Shown piece after piece: positions 38,923 to 47,814 of a stretch of 64,000 nucleotides of DNA. Source of the DNA: a virus (taxonomy: Duplodnaviria > Caudoviricetes). Location: positions 1 to 64,000 of IMG/VR virus record IMGVR_UViG_3300044829_000002; one strand, written 5' to 3'. A program made the translations under genes and the position numbers. How positions within the stretch are numbered: position 1 is the first letter of the stretch; each line of letters starts with the position of its first letter. Below the pieces are notes generated by a model, which was not told the origin of the DNA, did no database searches, and worked only from the letters and a program-made list of their open reading frames with translations.

Positions 38923-39273
38923 TCAGATCGCGGGCACGAGGCCCACGGCAGCTCGGACCGAGAATAGAACCAGCCAACTCGCGAATCTTTGGACTGTGTT
39001 GCCAGCCCAAAACTCGGCCAGATAGTTGCCCGGAGTCGGGAACTCAGTGCCGGTCCATGTGTAGCCGACCATTCCGGTTGGCCCGTCGATGAGCGTGGCG
39101 TTGAACGTCGTAGGTGCGCCGTCGCGTTCGCGGACGATGAATTTGACGGTGTAGCCGGTGAGGGTCAGCGCGGCACCGTTGCTGTCCTGGTATTGATACA
39201 AGAGGGGCATCGGCCGTTCCCCGGTTACGAACGGACCGATGTTCTGATTCGGTTCAGTAATCTGAATCGTCAT
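38923..39273 (-). CDS. BppU-like Ig-fold virion protein
   Basis: LTLTGYTVKFIV...DGPTGMVGYTW...PGNYLAEF. Confidence 0.6.
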   Translation of the reverse strand: MTIQITEPNQNIGPFVTGERPMPLLYQYQDSNGAALTLTGYTVKFIVRERDGAPTTFNATLIDGPTGMVGYTWTGTEFPTPGNYLAEFWAGNTVQRFASWLVLFSVRAAVGLVPAI

Positions 39274-40850
39274 GTGCCGTCCTCCTCTCCGCTGATCATG
39301 CCACTACGACGCCCGGATATGATGCCGCTCGGCTCGCTCCCCGCACCTTGCAACACAGGCTCTCTGCCGTGTATCCGTATCCGCTGCGGCAGCAACAGCA
39401 GGTAGTTGTTGACACCTGGTGTCGGGATGGTGACAAGCACCGGGATGCGGACAGCGCCGACAGTCGAGCCTGCACCGGCAGTCGGGGTTGGGATGGTGAC
39501 GATCACCGCGACGACAACTGCCGACACGTTCACACCGGCACCCACGGCCGGAGTCGGGATGCTGGTCGTGATCGGCGTGACGCTCTTGCTGACGTTCGCG
39601 CCGCCGCCGACAGTCGGCGCCGGGATGGTGACGATCGAGACGACGCTGGCTGGTCGAGTTGGCACGCTCACTGTCGGCGCCGCAATGGTGGTCGAGATCG
39701 CCACCACTGCCGCGTTGACGTTCGCGTTGCCGGACGTACTGACATTCGGTGTCGGGATGGTGGTTGCGACAGGAACGGCGACGGCCTGCACACCGGCTCC
39801 GGTCGCCACCGGCGGCGTCGGGATGGTTGTCGATATCGGGACAACTGTCGAGCTTGCGTTCGCGGCACTGCTGATCACCGGCGTCGAGATGGTGACCGCG
39901 CTGGCAACGACGGTGGCTGTGGCGGTCGCATTCGATATGGCGGTCACGCTCGGCGTCGGAATCGCCGTCGTGACAGCTACGGCAGTTGCGTTGATGTTGG
40001 CGTTACCGGCAGTGCTGACCGACGGCGTGGGGATCGTGACGACGATCGGCACAACGGTCGCGGCGACCGTGACTCCGATCGATACTGCCGGAGTCGGGAT
40101 GCTGGCCGAGTTGGCGACCACAGCAGCGGTGATGCTCGCGTCGCTGCTGATCGTCGGCGTCGGCACGGCGACAGCTACAGCGACCTTGCCGGGCGTTGCG
40201 GTCGCGTTCGACGTGACGCTGACTGCCGGAGTCGGGATCGCTGTGGCAACAGCGACCACGCTGGCGCTGACGTTCGCGTTGCCTGCGGTACTGACCGAGG
40301 GTGTCGGGATGGTCACCGGCACTGTGACGACGCTGACGGTTACCGTGCTGCCGACGCTGATTTGAGGAGCTGGGATTTGCGTCGAGCATGCGACGACGGT
40401 GGCGCTGATTGCCGCGCTGGATGTGACGGTCGGTGTCGGGATCGTCGTAACGATGGGGACAACTGTCGCTGCTACGGTCTCGCTAGTTGCGACTGCTGGA
40501 GTCGGGATGGTTGTAACGACGGGAACGACCGTTGCCGTGGCGGTCGCGTTCGAGGCCGCGCTGATCGTCGGAGTCGGGATCGTAGTTGGTACGGCGACGA
40601 CGGTTGCGGCTGCGTTCGCGGCGCTGGTCACGATAGGTGTCGGGACGGTAACCGTGACAGCGACTACCGTGGCTGGGACCGTGGCGTTGCTGGTGACGCT
40701 GACTGCTGGTGTCGGGACCGTGACGGCTGTCGCCACAACAGCGGCGCTGGCTGTGGCGTCAGACTGTGTGGTGACTGGCGAGATTATGCGGGTCGGCTGA
40801 CGGTCCTGATCAGCCTGTCGAGGCGTGCCGTAACGGATGAGCCTAGCCAT
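39270..40850 (-). CDS. Thr/Val/Ala-rich repeat protein (~20 x 22-24 aa, IPTP core); putative virion fibre
   Basis: Repeats counted manually in the translation. Confidence 0.75.
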   Translation of the reverse strand: MARLIRYGTPRQADQDRQPTRIISPVTTQSDATASAAVVATAVTVPTPAVSVTSNATVPATVVAVTVTVPTPIVTSAANAAATVVAVPTTIPTPTISAASNATATATVVPVVTTIPTPAVATSETVAATVVPIVTTIPTPTVTSSAAISATVVACSTQIPAPQISVGSTVTVSVVTVPVTIPTPSVSTAGNANVSASVVAVATAIPTPAVSVTSNATATPGKVAVAVAVPTPTISSDASITAAVVANSASIPTPAVSIGVTVAATVVPIVVTIPTPSVSTAGNANINATAVAVTTAIPTPSVTAISNATATATVVASAVTISTPVISSAANASSTVVPISTTIPTPPVATGAGVQAVAVPVATTIPTPNVSTSGNANVNAAVVAISTTIAAPTVSVPTRPASVVSIVTIPAPTVGGGANVSKSVTPITTSIPTPAVGAGVNVSAVVVAVIVTIPTPTAGAGSTVGAVRIPVLVTIPTPGVNNYLLLLPQRIRIHGREPVLQGAGSEPSGIISGRRSGMISGEEDGT

Positions 40851-40886
40851 TAGACGTCTCCTCCGCTCCTATACCGGCAGTCCGCT

Positions 40887-41324
40887 TTATTCCTTCCACA
40901 CGAAATACGTCTGTACAGCCTGACCTGTGCCGTTTTCTACCAGTATCCCGATCCCGTTCGAAGCGACAGCAGGGACGGACAATCCGTCACCTGGGAATGT
41001 CCACACGACTCCTGATCCGATTGCAGCACCGAGCACCGTCCGATACCCGAGATCGCTGGTCGTAGGTGCCGTGCTGGAATACGTGTTCTTCAACAAGGCG
41101 AGTGAAGCCACGTCCTCCTGCTCCAGCGCGGCTGAGGTTAAAGTGGACCCCGGAGTGCCAGCCGTAGTCAGCCTGCACAGCTTCAACGCGACCGCCGTGG
41201 CTGTGGTATTGAAAATCCCAATCTCGACAATCTTGGGTCTCACTGTGGTCCCGCCGACAAGCGCGCAAAGCGGCAACGTAGTACTGCCAGCAGTGGTCAA
41301 GCCTCCTGCTACATATCTCGACAT
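40887..41324 (-). CDS. Putative virion structural protein
   Basis: Beta-rich and G/T-rich; RBS GAGGAGAGG; lies in the structural operon. Confidence 0.55.
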   Translation of the reverse strand: MSRYVAGGLTTAGSTTLPLCALVGGTTVRPKIVEIGIFNTTATAVALKLCRLTTAGTPGSTLTSAALEQEDVASLALLKNTYSSTAPTTSDLGYRTVLGAAIGSGVVWTFPGDGLSVPAVASNGIGILVENGTGQAVQTYFVWKE

Positions 41325-41334
41325 GATGCCTCTC

Positions 41335-42012
41335 CTAGTATCGGTACGGTGCCATTATCAATTCTGGCAGTTGCGCAGCAACCGCTGCACTCTCTACCTC
41401 GACACCCAGCAGACGCGGCTGCTGCCCGGTAGGCGCGGTCAGGCCGCACGTTTGAGATCCGGCACTAGCAGCATTCTGATACGCGTAGTAGGCGACATAG
41501 CTCGCGGTGGACTTGTCATGTATCCCGGTCTCCGTCGCGCTCGAACGGTAAGCACGCGAGCCTGGTGCGATCGCGTTGAAGTCACAATCAAGCCAACTGA
41601 CAGTGCTGTTCGCGGCCTGCGTCGTTATGGTGCCGCTCGGAGCTGAACCGCCAGCAGCGTTCATCGTGGCCGGGGTGCCTAACTGCGCCCCGGTGTACGC
41701 CTCGGTGATGGAGGAGTGCCACCCGTTGCTGCCGGACCACGCGACCGTAACGGACATCGAGCCTGGCGAGCCGGACACGACGCACCACCACAGCCCAGCC
41801 CAGCCCTCACCGACCACTGCCGATGTGATTCCGGTAAAGGTTTGCCCGCCACCAGTTGGAGTGCCGCCAATAGTGGCAATCTTCTCTGACGCGGCCTTGA
41901 CGATAATGATGTCCCCGTTGGCCGGGGTGAACGCAGGCGAAACAGTGGAGACGGTGCTAGAAGCAGCCGACCCTTGCACAGCCGGGGAGTTGTAAGGCGT
42001 CGGCCCTGGCAT
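41335..42012 (-). CDS. Putative virion structural protein (beta-rich)
   Basis: S/T/G/A-rich composition; lies in the structural operon. Confidence 0.55.
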   Translation of the reverse strand: MPGPTPYNSPAVQGSAASSTVSTVSPAFTPANGDIIIVKAASEKIATIGGTPTGGGQTFTGITSAVVGEGWAGLWWCVVSGSPGSMSVTVAWSGSNGWHSSITEAYTGAQLGTPATMNAAGGSAPSGTITTQAANSTVSWLDCDFNAIAPGSRAYRSSATETGIHDKSTASYVAYYAYQNAASAGSQTCGLTAPTGQQPRLLGVEVESAAVAAQLPELIMAPYRY

Positions 42013-42032
42013 TAGCTGTCACCTTCACCCTC

Positions 42033-43217
42033 CTACGGACTCGGAACGGTGCTGCCGTCCGGGTGCTTGTTACCCGTCCAGGCCGTGATCGTGCCCGGAG
42101 CTGCCGAATAGGCATCCCCGTACACCGCACCGGCGAACACGTTGTCTGTGACCGATACGGCTGAGCATTCGTTGCGGAAGGTGTACGCGCCGCCCTGCAA
42201 GTAGTTGTTCTTGACGATCTCGCCAGTCTGCAACGTGCAAGGAATAACCTGCCAGAATACTGCCGCCGTCACGGTGCCCGACGTTGCCACTACAACCCGG
42301 TTGCTGTCATAGGTGATGTTGTTGCCGCCCTGGCTGAACAGCCCGTCACCGTGGCACGTGGACGAACCGCACTGAGCACCGTCGGTCGCGTAAATCTCGC
42401 TGTGCTGAATCAGGGAGCCACCGGCCGGGTCGAGGCCCTGCGGGAAGCCAGAGAAATTGGAGCGATTGACCAGCATGGGTCGAGTCGAGTTCGTCGTCAC
42501 CGCGCCGATGTCGCTGCCGCCGTTGTATGTAGTGCCTGAGCGCAACGTGGAATCGGTAACGCTCAGCGTGGCCCCGGCCGTGCCGTTGGCGCACTGCGCG
42601 TACACGTCATGCCAGGTGCTCGACGGTGCCCATTCGATGATCGACTGAGTGACGTTGAGATTGCCGCAGCCCGTCCAGTAGATGCCGCCCTTGACCCATG
42701 CGTGGTCGAGACTCAGATTCGCCTGATCGCATCGCAAGTATTTGTAGGTGGCGTTCCAGCTCGTGCACCCGGCCGGGATGACGCCGTTGGCCTGGGAGTA
42801 CACGGTCAGCGCAGACGTGGCACCGAGATAACCGGTGGTTCCAGCGTCCGGGTAGGTGCTCGGTGGGGGCGGTGGGGGCGTGGTCGTGGTCGGTGCCGTC
42901 GTGGTCGGGGTCGCGGTCACCGTCACCGTGTTAGTTACGGTGTTGGTCACGGTCGCTGTAGCCGTCGTGGTCACGGTTTCTGTGGTTGTCGGCCCGGTCA
43001 CGGTCGTTGTCGGGCCTGGCGCGGTGGTCGTGGCCTGAGCCAGCGTGCACGTGATCGTCTCAGTGAGCGCCACGGTGTCGCTGTTGCGCGTGCACGTGTC
43101 CGATGATGTGGCCGCACCGGATCGTGTCGCGTTGAACGCGATTAGCCCTACAACGAGCAGAGCCGTTGCGATCAATACCGCCAGACGCTTTCTGCTCCAA
43201 ATACGTAACGAAATCAT
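42033..43217 (-). CDS. Secreted right-handed beta-helix protein with Thr/Pro linker
   Basis: Signal peptide, then a T-rich linker, YPDAGTTG and repeated Asn-rich beta-helix turns (HGDGLFSQGGNNITYDSN...NNYLQGGAY). Confidence 0.65.
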   Translation of the reverse strand: MISLRIWSRKRLAVLIATALLVVGLIAFNATRSGAATSSDTCTRNSDTVALTETITCTLAQATTTAPGPTTTVTGPTTTETVTTTATATVTNTVTNTVTVTATPTTTAPTTTTPPPPPPSTYPDAGTTGYLGATSALTVYSQANGVIPAGCTSWNATYKYLRCDQANLSLDHAWVKGGIYWTGCGNLNVTQSIIEWAPSSTWHDVYAQCANGTAGATLSVTDSTLRSGTTYNGGSDIGAVTTNSTRPMLVNRSNFSGFPQGLDPAGGSLIQHSEIYATDGAQCGSSTCHGDGLFSQGGNNITYDSNRVVVATSGTVTAAVFWQVIPCTLQTGEIVKNNYLQGGAYTFRNECSAVSVTDNVFAGAVYGDAYSAAPGTITAWTGNKHPDGSTVPSP

Positions 43218-43235
43218 AATGCGACAGTCCCTAAC

Positions 43236-43763
43236 TTATGGTGTGATGTCCATTGCAAATACGCCGAGCGCATCCCATGTGATTGCGAATGTCCCAGCAA
43301 CGGTCGAAAAATCCGCCCCGAACGTGACGGCTACCAACATCGCGTCAACCTGCGGAGCGGGCGCGGTCAGCGAGTCGGCATACATGATGCATCCGCGTGC
43401 GTTGGTAAGCGTCGTCGTAGCCACAGACACGTCCGTCATGTCATACATGATGGAACCGGCAGGGGACTCTGAGAACGTCGGCGCAACCGATGTGGCACCC
43501 GCTGCGGCGGCAGAGAACAGCACCCCACCGGCAGCCCAGCCGGTGCCGGAAACCTCGGACGTGTTGGCCCAGATCGGGGACGCGGCCGAGAAGTTGATCG
43601 GCGCGGTGCCGTCCGTCAACGCGTTGGAGTGCAGTGCAATCTTGTTCGTCAGCGACTTGAACGGACCTGTACCAGCCGTCGCTGCCGTGCCGCCAGTGAG
43701 CGCAACAAGGGTCAGCAAGTCAGTAATCGTCGTGATGTACAACCCGCTCTTAGTCCACGCCAT
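43236..43763 (-). CDS. Virion structural protein (fibre base-like)
   Basis: KIALHSN...EVSGTGWAAGG...YDMTD...TLTNARGCIMY...FGAD...GTFAITW pattern of a widespread phage structural family. Confidence 0.6.
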   Translation of the reverse strand: MAWTKSGLYITTITDLLTLVALTGGTAATAGTGPFKSLTNKIALHSNALTDGTAPINFSAASPIWANTSEVSGTGWAAGGVLFSAAAAGATSVAPTFSESPAGSIMYDMTDVSVATTTLTNARGCIMYADSLTAPAPQVDAMLVAVTFGADFSTVAGTFAITWDALGVFAMDITP

Positions 43764-43765
43764 GA

Positions 43766-44002
43766 CTACATCCTCACTAGCTTCATCTTGATTGCCTGCG
43801 GTGTGACATTGACGTCTTGCCGTTGACTGACACCCGCACCCTGCGCACCGTGCTCAGTGACCGTGCCCTCATCGGTCGTAACCGACTTGAACGGCAGACC
43901 CGACTCCTCGTGTGCCCGCCCTTCGGCAGACACGCGAGGCTTCGACCGGTGGCTGATGACACCGATCGAAAGCATCCGGTCCCTGAATTCGTTACTCATC
44001 AC
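43766..44002 (-). CDS. Hypothetical protein
   Basis: 78 aa, tightly packed after the major tail gene. Confidence 0.5.
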   Translation of the reverse strand: MMSNEFRDRMLSIGVISHRSKPRVSAEGRAHEESGLPFKSVTTDEGTVTEHGAQGAGVSQRQDVNVTPQAIKMKLVRM

Positions 44003-44009
44003 ACGTCCC

Positions 44010-44690
44010 TTATGTCAGCAGAGTGAATCCGACAGAGGCAGCCGGTGGCGCGTTGGTGGTCAGGTTCCACAGCCAGTGATCCGCCGTGGTAGAGACACCG
44101 CCAGCGCCGACAGGCAGCCAGCTTGTGCCCGAACCGGGGCCGTCACTCCACTGAGCCGATGCCGCCGACGTCTCGCACATGAACTGCAACACCGACTTGG
44201 CGTTCTCCACCGTGTAGCCGTTCACGCGAGCATTCAGGCAGTGCGGCCACGCGTTGTAGATGTACTGCTGTAGGCCACCCGCCGAGCACGCGCCGGAACC
44301 GGCGACGCGCTGCCACACTTCCATCGAGAAATGAGACGTCGTCACGCCCTCCATCAACGCGAAGCCGGTGCCGGACACGGGAGCCGTCGTGGTCAACTCA
44401 CGCGCCGACAGCACAAGCGGAGTCATGTCCGGGTCCACCGAGCACAGGTCCACCGTGAGCTGCATCCTCTTGAAGATCGGCGCGTCTTTCTGGTTGACGC
44501 ACAGCAGCCCGTCGGCCGTGCGCTCGAAGAACTCGGTGCCGTCCTCGTATTGCGGGGACTGGTCAACTTTCGTGAACGAGTTGGTTACGATCACACGACC
44601 AGACGCGCCGGTGATCGGGATACCACACGCGTCCACCTGGACGATGCGGATAACGGTGCCCTTGATCGGGACTCCGGCGGTTGATGCCAT
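44010..44690 (-). CDS. Major tail protein
   Basis: IRIVQVDACG...YEDGTEF...LC.N.KD...LTVDLCSVDP...FSMEVWQ...WP. Confidence 0.85.
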   Translation of the reverse strand: MASTAGVPIKGTVIRIVQVDACGIPITGASGRVIVTNSFTKVDQSPQYEDGTEFFERTADGLLCVNQKDAPIFKRMQLTVDLCSVDPDMTPLVLSARELTTTAPVSGTGFALMEGVTTSHFSMEVWQRVAGSGACSAGGLQQYIYNAWPHCLNARVNGYTVENAKSVLQFMCETSAASAQWSDGPGSGTSWLPVGAGGVSTTADHWLWNLTTNAPPAASVGFTLLT

Positions 44691-44705
44691 GACACAACTC
44701 CCTTT

Positions 44706-45641
44706 TTACGTTGCCTTCGGCACGCCGAGTCCGACAGACCCAGCGAAATGGCAGCAGTCCCAACCGAGCAAGTACCGCCGCTCGGCGATCATTTTGATGG
44801 TGTTCTTCTGTTTGTCCATAGCCTGCGCACCGCTGGCCCGGACCTTAACCGCACCGCGATAGCACATGATGTTCCCGGTGGCGTAAATCCAGCACTGGTC
44901 AGGTGTCCGCACTGCTCCGGCCGGGGACGTGCCTGGATACCCGGCACCAACCGAGACCTTGTTGCCGTTGGCGGTATACATCCGCGCGCCCTTGGTCTTG
45001 ATCAGGCCGTACGCGTCGAAGGACGGCAACGCCACTTGCGGGATGTGGATCACGCCAACGCCGTTGTAGCAGTCGGCCAGCGCGCCTTCCAGCGCCCCGA
45101 GCACTTCCGATGTGCTGGAGAACAGGTTCGGCGAACCTCCAGCGGCACCGGTTACGACCACTGCCGCCGTTTGCAGCAGGATCGAGTTCTGCGCCGTGCC
45201 GCCCGTTACCGGCGCGTCAAGAATCTGCGCGTTCGCTGCCAAGTGGGGGAACACTATCGGCTGACCACCGGCGACACCTGTCCAGAAGGAACGCTCAACC
45301 TGCCATGTTTCGCTCGACGCGAACGCGGCACGAGCCTGCATGTCCGCTTCCTCGTTGCCGACCGCCGAGCAGTCGAATTCCACGAACACCGAGAATGCGG
45401 TAGCTCCGCGTGGTGCGAGGCTGACCGTGTTCTGGAACGCTGGCGGCGACGGTGCATTACCGGTGCCGGTGACCGCTAGACATTCGTCATACGTCGAGCT
45501 CGGAGTGGCACAGTTCGGCTGGTAGGTGATGCCGTTCTGCCAATGCTGATCGTTGGCGACCGGGAAATCGACAACGCTCAGCAAGCCGTACGGGAGGGGT
45601 GTGTACAGCGGCGGGTCAACAATCTGCCTTCCACCTGACAT
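44706..45641 (-). CDS. Second capsid-fold protein (major capsid pentamer-like)
   Basis: PLPYGLLSV...HWQNGITY...E...VERSFW...GVIH...GNKVSVGAGY...WIYATG...AERRYLLGWDC; directly after the MCP. Confidence 0.7.
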   Translation of the reverse strand: MSGGRQIVDPPLYTPLPYGLLSVVDFPVANDQHWQNGITYQPNCATPSSTYDECLAVTGTGNAPSPPAFQNTVSLAPRGATAFSVFVEFDCSAVGNEEADMQARAAFASSETWQVERSFWTGVAGGQPIVFPHLAANAQILDAPVTGGTAQNSILLQTAAVVVTGAAGGSPNLFSSTSEVLGALEGALADCYNGVGVIHIPQVALPSFDAYGLIKTKGARMYTANGNKVSVGAGYPGTSPAGAVRTPDQCWIYATGNIMCYRGAVKVRASGAQAMDKQKNTIKMIAERRYLLGWDCCHFAGSVGLGVPKAT

Positions 45642-45694
45642 CGCCGCTCACCCCCTCCGCACATCTGTCTGCCCGTGCCCTGATCACGTCAGGA

Positions 45695-47491
45695 TTAGAT
45701 GTTCGCGCCGAGAGCAACGGCACCAGACGCGGCACCGTTCACGGTGAAGCTGATCGTGTAGCGACGGGATTCGTGTCCGACCTTGGCGACCAGGTGGCAC
45801 TCCTCGGCCCATGCGGCGGTGAAGTCGTTCTCCGCATTCAGCACCGAGTCGCGGACCACACCGAGATCCAGAGTGAGCCCGTTGCCCTTGATGAACGTGC
45901 CTGCCGCGTAGACCAGGAAGTCGGCCTGCGTCGGCCATAGGGTCATGTTCGCGGACGGGAAGCCGAACAGGCCGCTAGTGCGAACCTGCCAGTCGTTGAC
46001 CCACTGGACACGCAAGTTGCGGTCAGCGAACCAGCCGTTGATCTGCGCCTGAGTGACGGACAACATTTCGACGTTGGTGCGCCACGCCAGATCAGCGGTG
46101 ATCACGTCGGCCACCCAGAACGGAGCGATGACTTCCAGCACGTCGGCGTCGCACATGGCGAACTTGGCCCGGTAGTCCGTCGCGGCGAGATCCAGACCGG
46201 AAAGGATCTGGTTGTACGCCGGTCGTGTCGCGCCGCCGCCGGTGATCGCAATGGCGGCAGTGGACAGGGTGACCATCTGGCCGATGATGCGCGCGTTCTG
46301 CGCGTGCGACCACGCGGAGTTCAGCAACCGCAGCGTGTTCGCGGTCGCCTCCGGGTACGCGTCGTCGGTCAAGTTACCGGCCGTCATGGTGATGCCGTAG
46401 CACTCCAACCGGGCCTCGTTGAAGCCTGGGCACGGGACGCGCATCGTGGGCTTGTTCGGGCTACCCGTCACGGTGGCGATGTCGTCAGTCTCAGTCCACA
46501 CCCACGGCATGGACGCGGAGCTGAACGTGGTGCCGAACCCTGCAAGATTCTGGTTGGCCGACGCGCCAACCTGATACACCGCGTCAGCCAGCGACGGGGA
46601 CGTGGGGAACCTGATGCCGCCGCGGGTCACACCGAATGTCGGAAGGTCCACTAGGCCGTCCTGGCATGCGATGTTGAAGAAGTCGTATCGAATCTGGGAC
46701 GGGGCACACCAGCCACCACCGGCAACGAGCGCTTCCTGGTTGGCTTTGGTGGTCAGATGCCGGAACAGCTCCTCGATCTGCGCCGGGGGAGTTCGATCGT
46801 CCACGGTGTGTTCGTATTCGTTGCGGATCTGAGCTACCAGAACCTCTCGGCCGGTGCCGTCACGGGTGGCCGGGATCGACCGGGCGGTTTTCTGGAACGC
46901 GCCCACAACGTCGGACAGGCTGGTCATTTCCTGGTTGCGTGCCACGCCGGGAATGTCAACGCCTGCCGTGACCGCCAGCCGGTTCGCTGATGCGGTGACC
47001 GCTGGCGGAGCTACCCGCTGCGCTGCGGACAGCGACGCGGTTGCCCGCTCGGTGACCTGTGCGAGATCCCCGCCGAGCCGGGAACGGCCCTTGTCGCCCA
47101 TGACGGCGAACAGCGCGGCAGTCGCACCACGCGTGGCAGCGGCGGCAATGGCCTCGACGTCCACTCCGGTCTGAGTCTGCGCAGCCTCAGCAACCTCAGC
47201 CTGTGTCGGGCCGTGCACGCGGGCCTCCAGGTGAGCCTGCTGATCTACCAGGCTGGCCTGCGCACGAGTGGCAGCTTCCTGCGCCCTCGCATTACGGCCC
47301 GCGATGTCGGCCCGGATCGAGTCGATGTTGTCCGTGAGTTGCATCTGGTACTGCACCGTGGCTGGAGTCACTTCCTCGATGCCGCGCACGCGGTCGAATT
47401 CGGTCACTGCCGTGGTCTCCAGCGTCGCGATGTCCGCATCAGACAGGAGGGTGAGATCGGCTGGCAGTTCAAAAGGCGTTACATCTGTCAT
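45695..47491 (-). CDS. Major capsid protein (hexamer-type) with N-terminal scaffold-like region
   Basis: LVAGGGWCAPSQIRYD...DGLVDLP...RGGIRFPTSP...G.LTLDLGVVRDSVLNAENDF; RBS AGGGGAG at 47491. Confidence 0.9.
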   Translation of the reverse strand: MTDVTPFELPADLTLLSDADIATLETTAVTEFDRVRGIEEVTPATVQYQMQLTDNIDSIRADIAGRNARAQEAATRAQASLVDQQAHLEARVHGPTQAEVAEAAQTQTGVDVEAIAAAATRGATAALFAVMGDKGRSRLGGDLAQVTERATASLSAAQRVAPPAVTASANRLAVTAGVDIPGVARNQEMTSLSDVVGAFQKTARSIPATRDGTGREVLVAQIRNEYEHTVDDRTPPAQIEELFRHLTTKANQEALVAGGGWCAPSQIRYDFFNIACQDGLVDLPTFGVTRGGIRFPTSPSLADAVYQVGASANQNLAGFGTTFSSASMPWVWTETDDIATVTGSPNKPTMRVPCPGFNEARLECYGITMTAGNLTDDAYPEATANTLRLLNSAWSHAQNARIIGQMVTLSTAAIAITGGGATRPAYNQILSGLDLAATDYRAKFAMCDADVLEVIAPFWVADVITADLAWRTNVEMLSVTQAQINGWFADRNLRVQWVNDWQVRTSGLFGFPSANMTLWPTQADFLVYAAGTFIKGNGLTLDLGVVRDSVLNAENDFTAAWAEECHLVAKVGHESRRYTISFTVNGAASGAVALGANI

Positions 47492-47640
47492 GGTCGTTAC
47501 TCCCCTAGGAACGTAGCCGTGAGGCGGCATTGAAGGGAATGTAACAATCATGGACGGCAACTGACCACTACTTTGACGGCAAGTTTTGGGCAACTCTCGC
47601 CAGGTGTCGCAGTCCGTTCTACAGGCTCGGCACATAGCAA

Positions 47641-47698
47641 AGCCCCGCGCGAACGTGGCCTGATCGATTGCTCGACGTTCCAGGGATGGCGCGGGGCT
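47641..47698 (-). other. Compound hairpin in the capsid leader (attenuator/terminator or processing site)
   Basis: 10-bp outer stem AGCCCCGCGC, 6-bp inner GAACGT, GCAA tetraloop, followed by TTT on the minus strand. Confidence 0.5.
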
Positions 47699-47712
47699 GT
47701 GCGTGTCAGAGT

Positions 47713-47808
47713 TTAGCGGCTGGTCCCGACGGGCTCGGGTGCAGGAGCAGGCGGCGGCTCTGCTGGAGCGGCAGGCTGCTGAATTACCGGCTTGTTACAA
47801 TTGCACAT
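47713..47808 (-). CDS. 31-aa MCNCNK peptide (missed by ORF track)
   Basis: RBS AAGGA; MCNCNKPVIQQPAAPAEPPPAPAPEPVGTSR; CxC peptides are common after actinophage proteases. Confidence 0.6.
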   Translation of the reverse strand: MCNCNKPVIQQPAAPAEPPPAPAPEPVGTSR

Positions 47809-47814
47809 AATGTC

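Noticed and set aside
39348-40853. Long plus-strand ORFs (501 aa and 319 aa) opposite the IPTP repeat gene
   Set aside because: Antisense shadows of a repetitive, stop-poor GC-rich gene; no RBS and low-complexity Arg/Asp or Val/Ala composition.
47491-47635. ORF-track upstream starts for the capsid, portal, YqaJ, DUF932, chaperone, GT2 and MTase genes
   Set aside because: The extensions cross promoters/operators or upstream genes; downstream ATGs with an RBS or ATGA coupling were used instead.
47548-47802. ATTGTAACAAT-like palindrome seen twice near the capsid gene
   Set aside because: One copy is the coding sequence of the MCNCNK peptide; only two imperfect copies exist.
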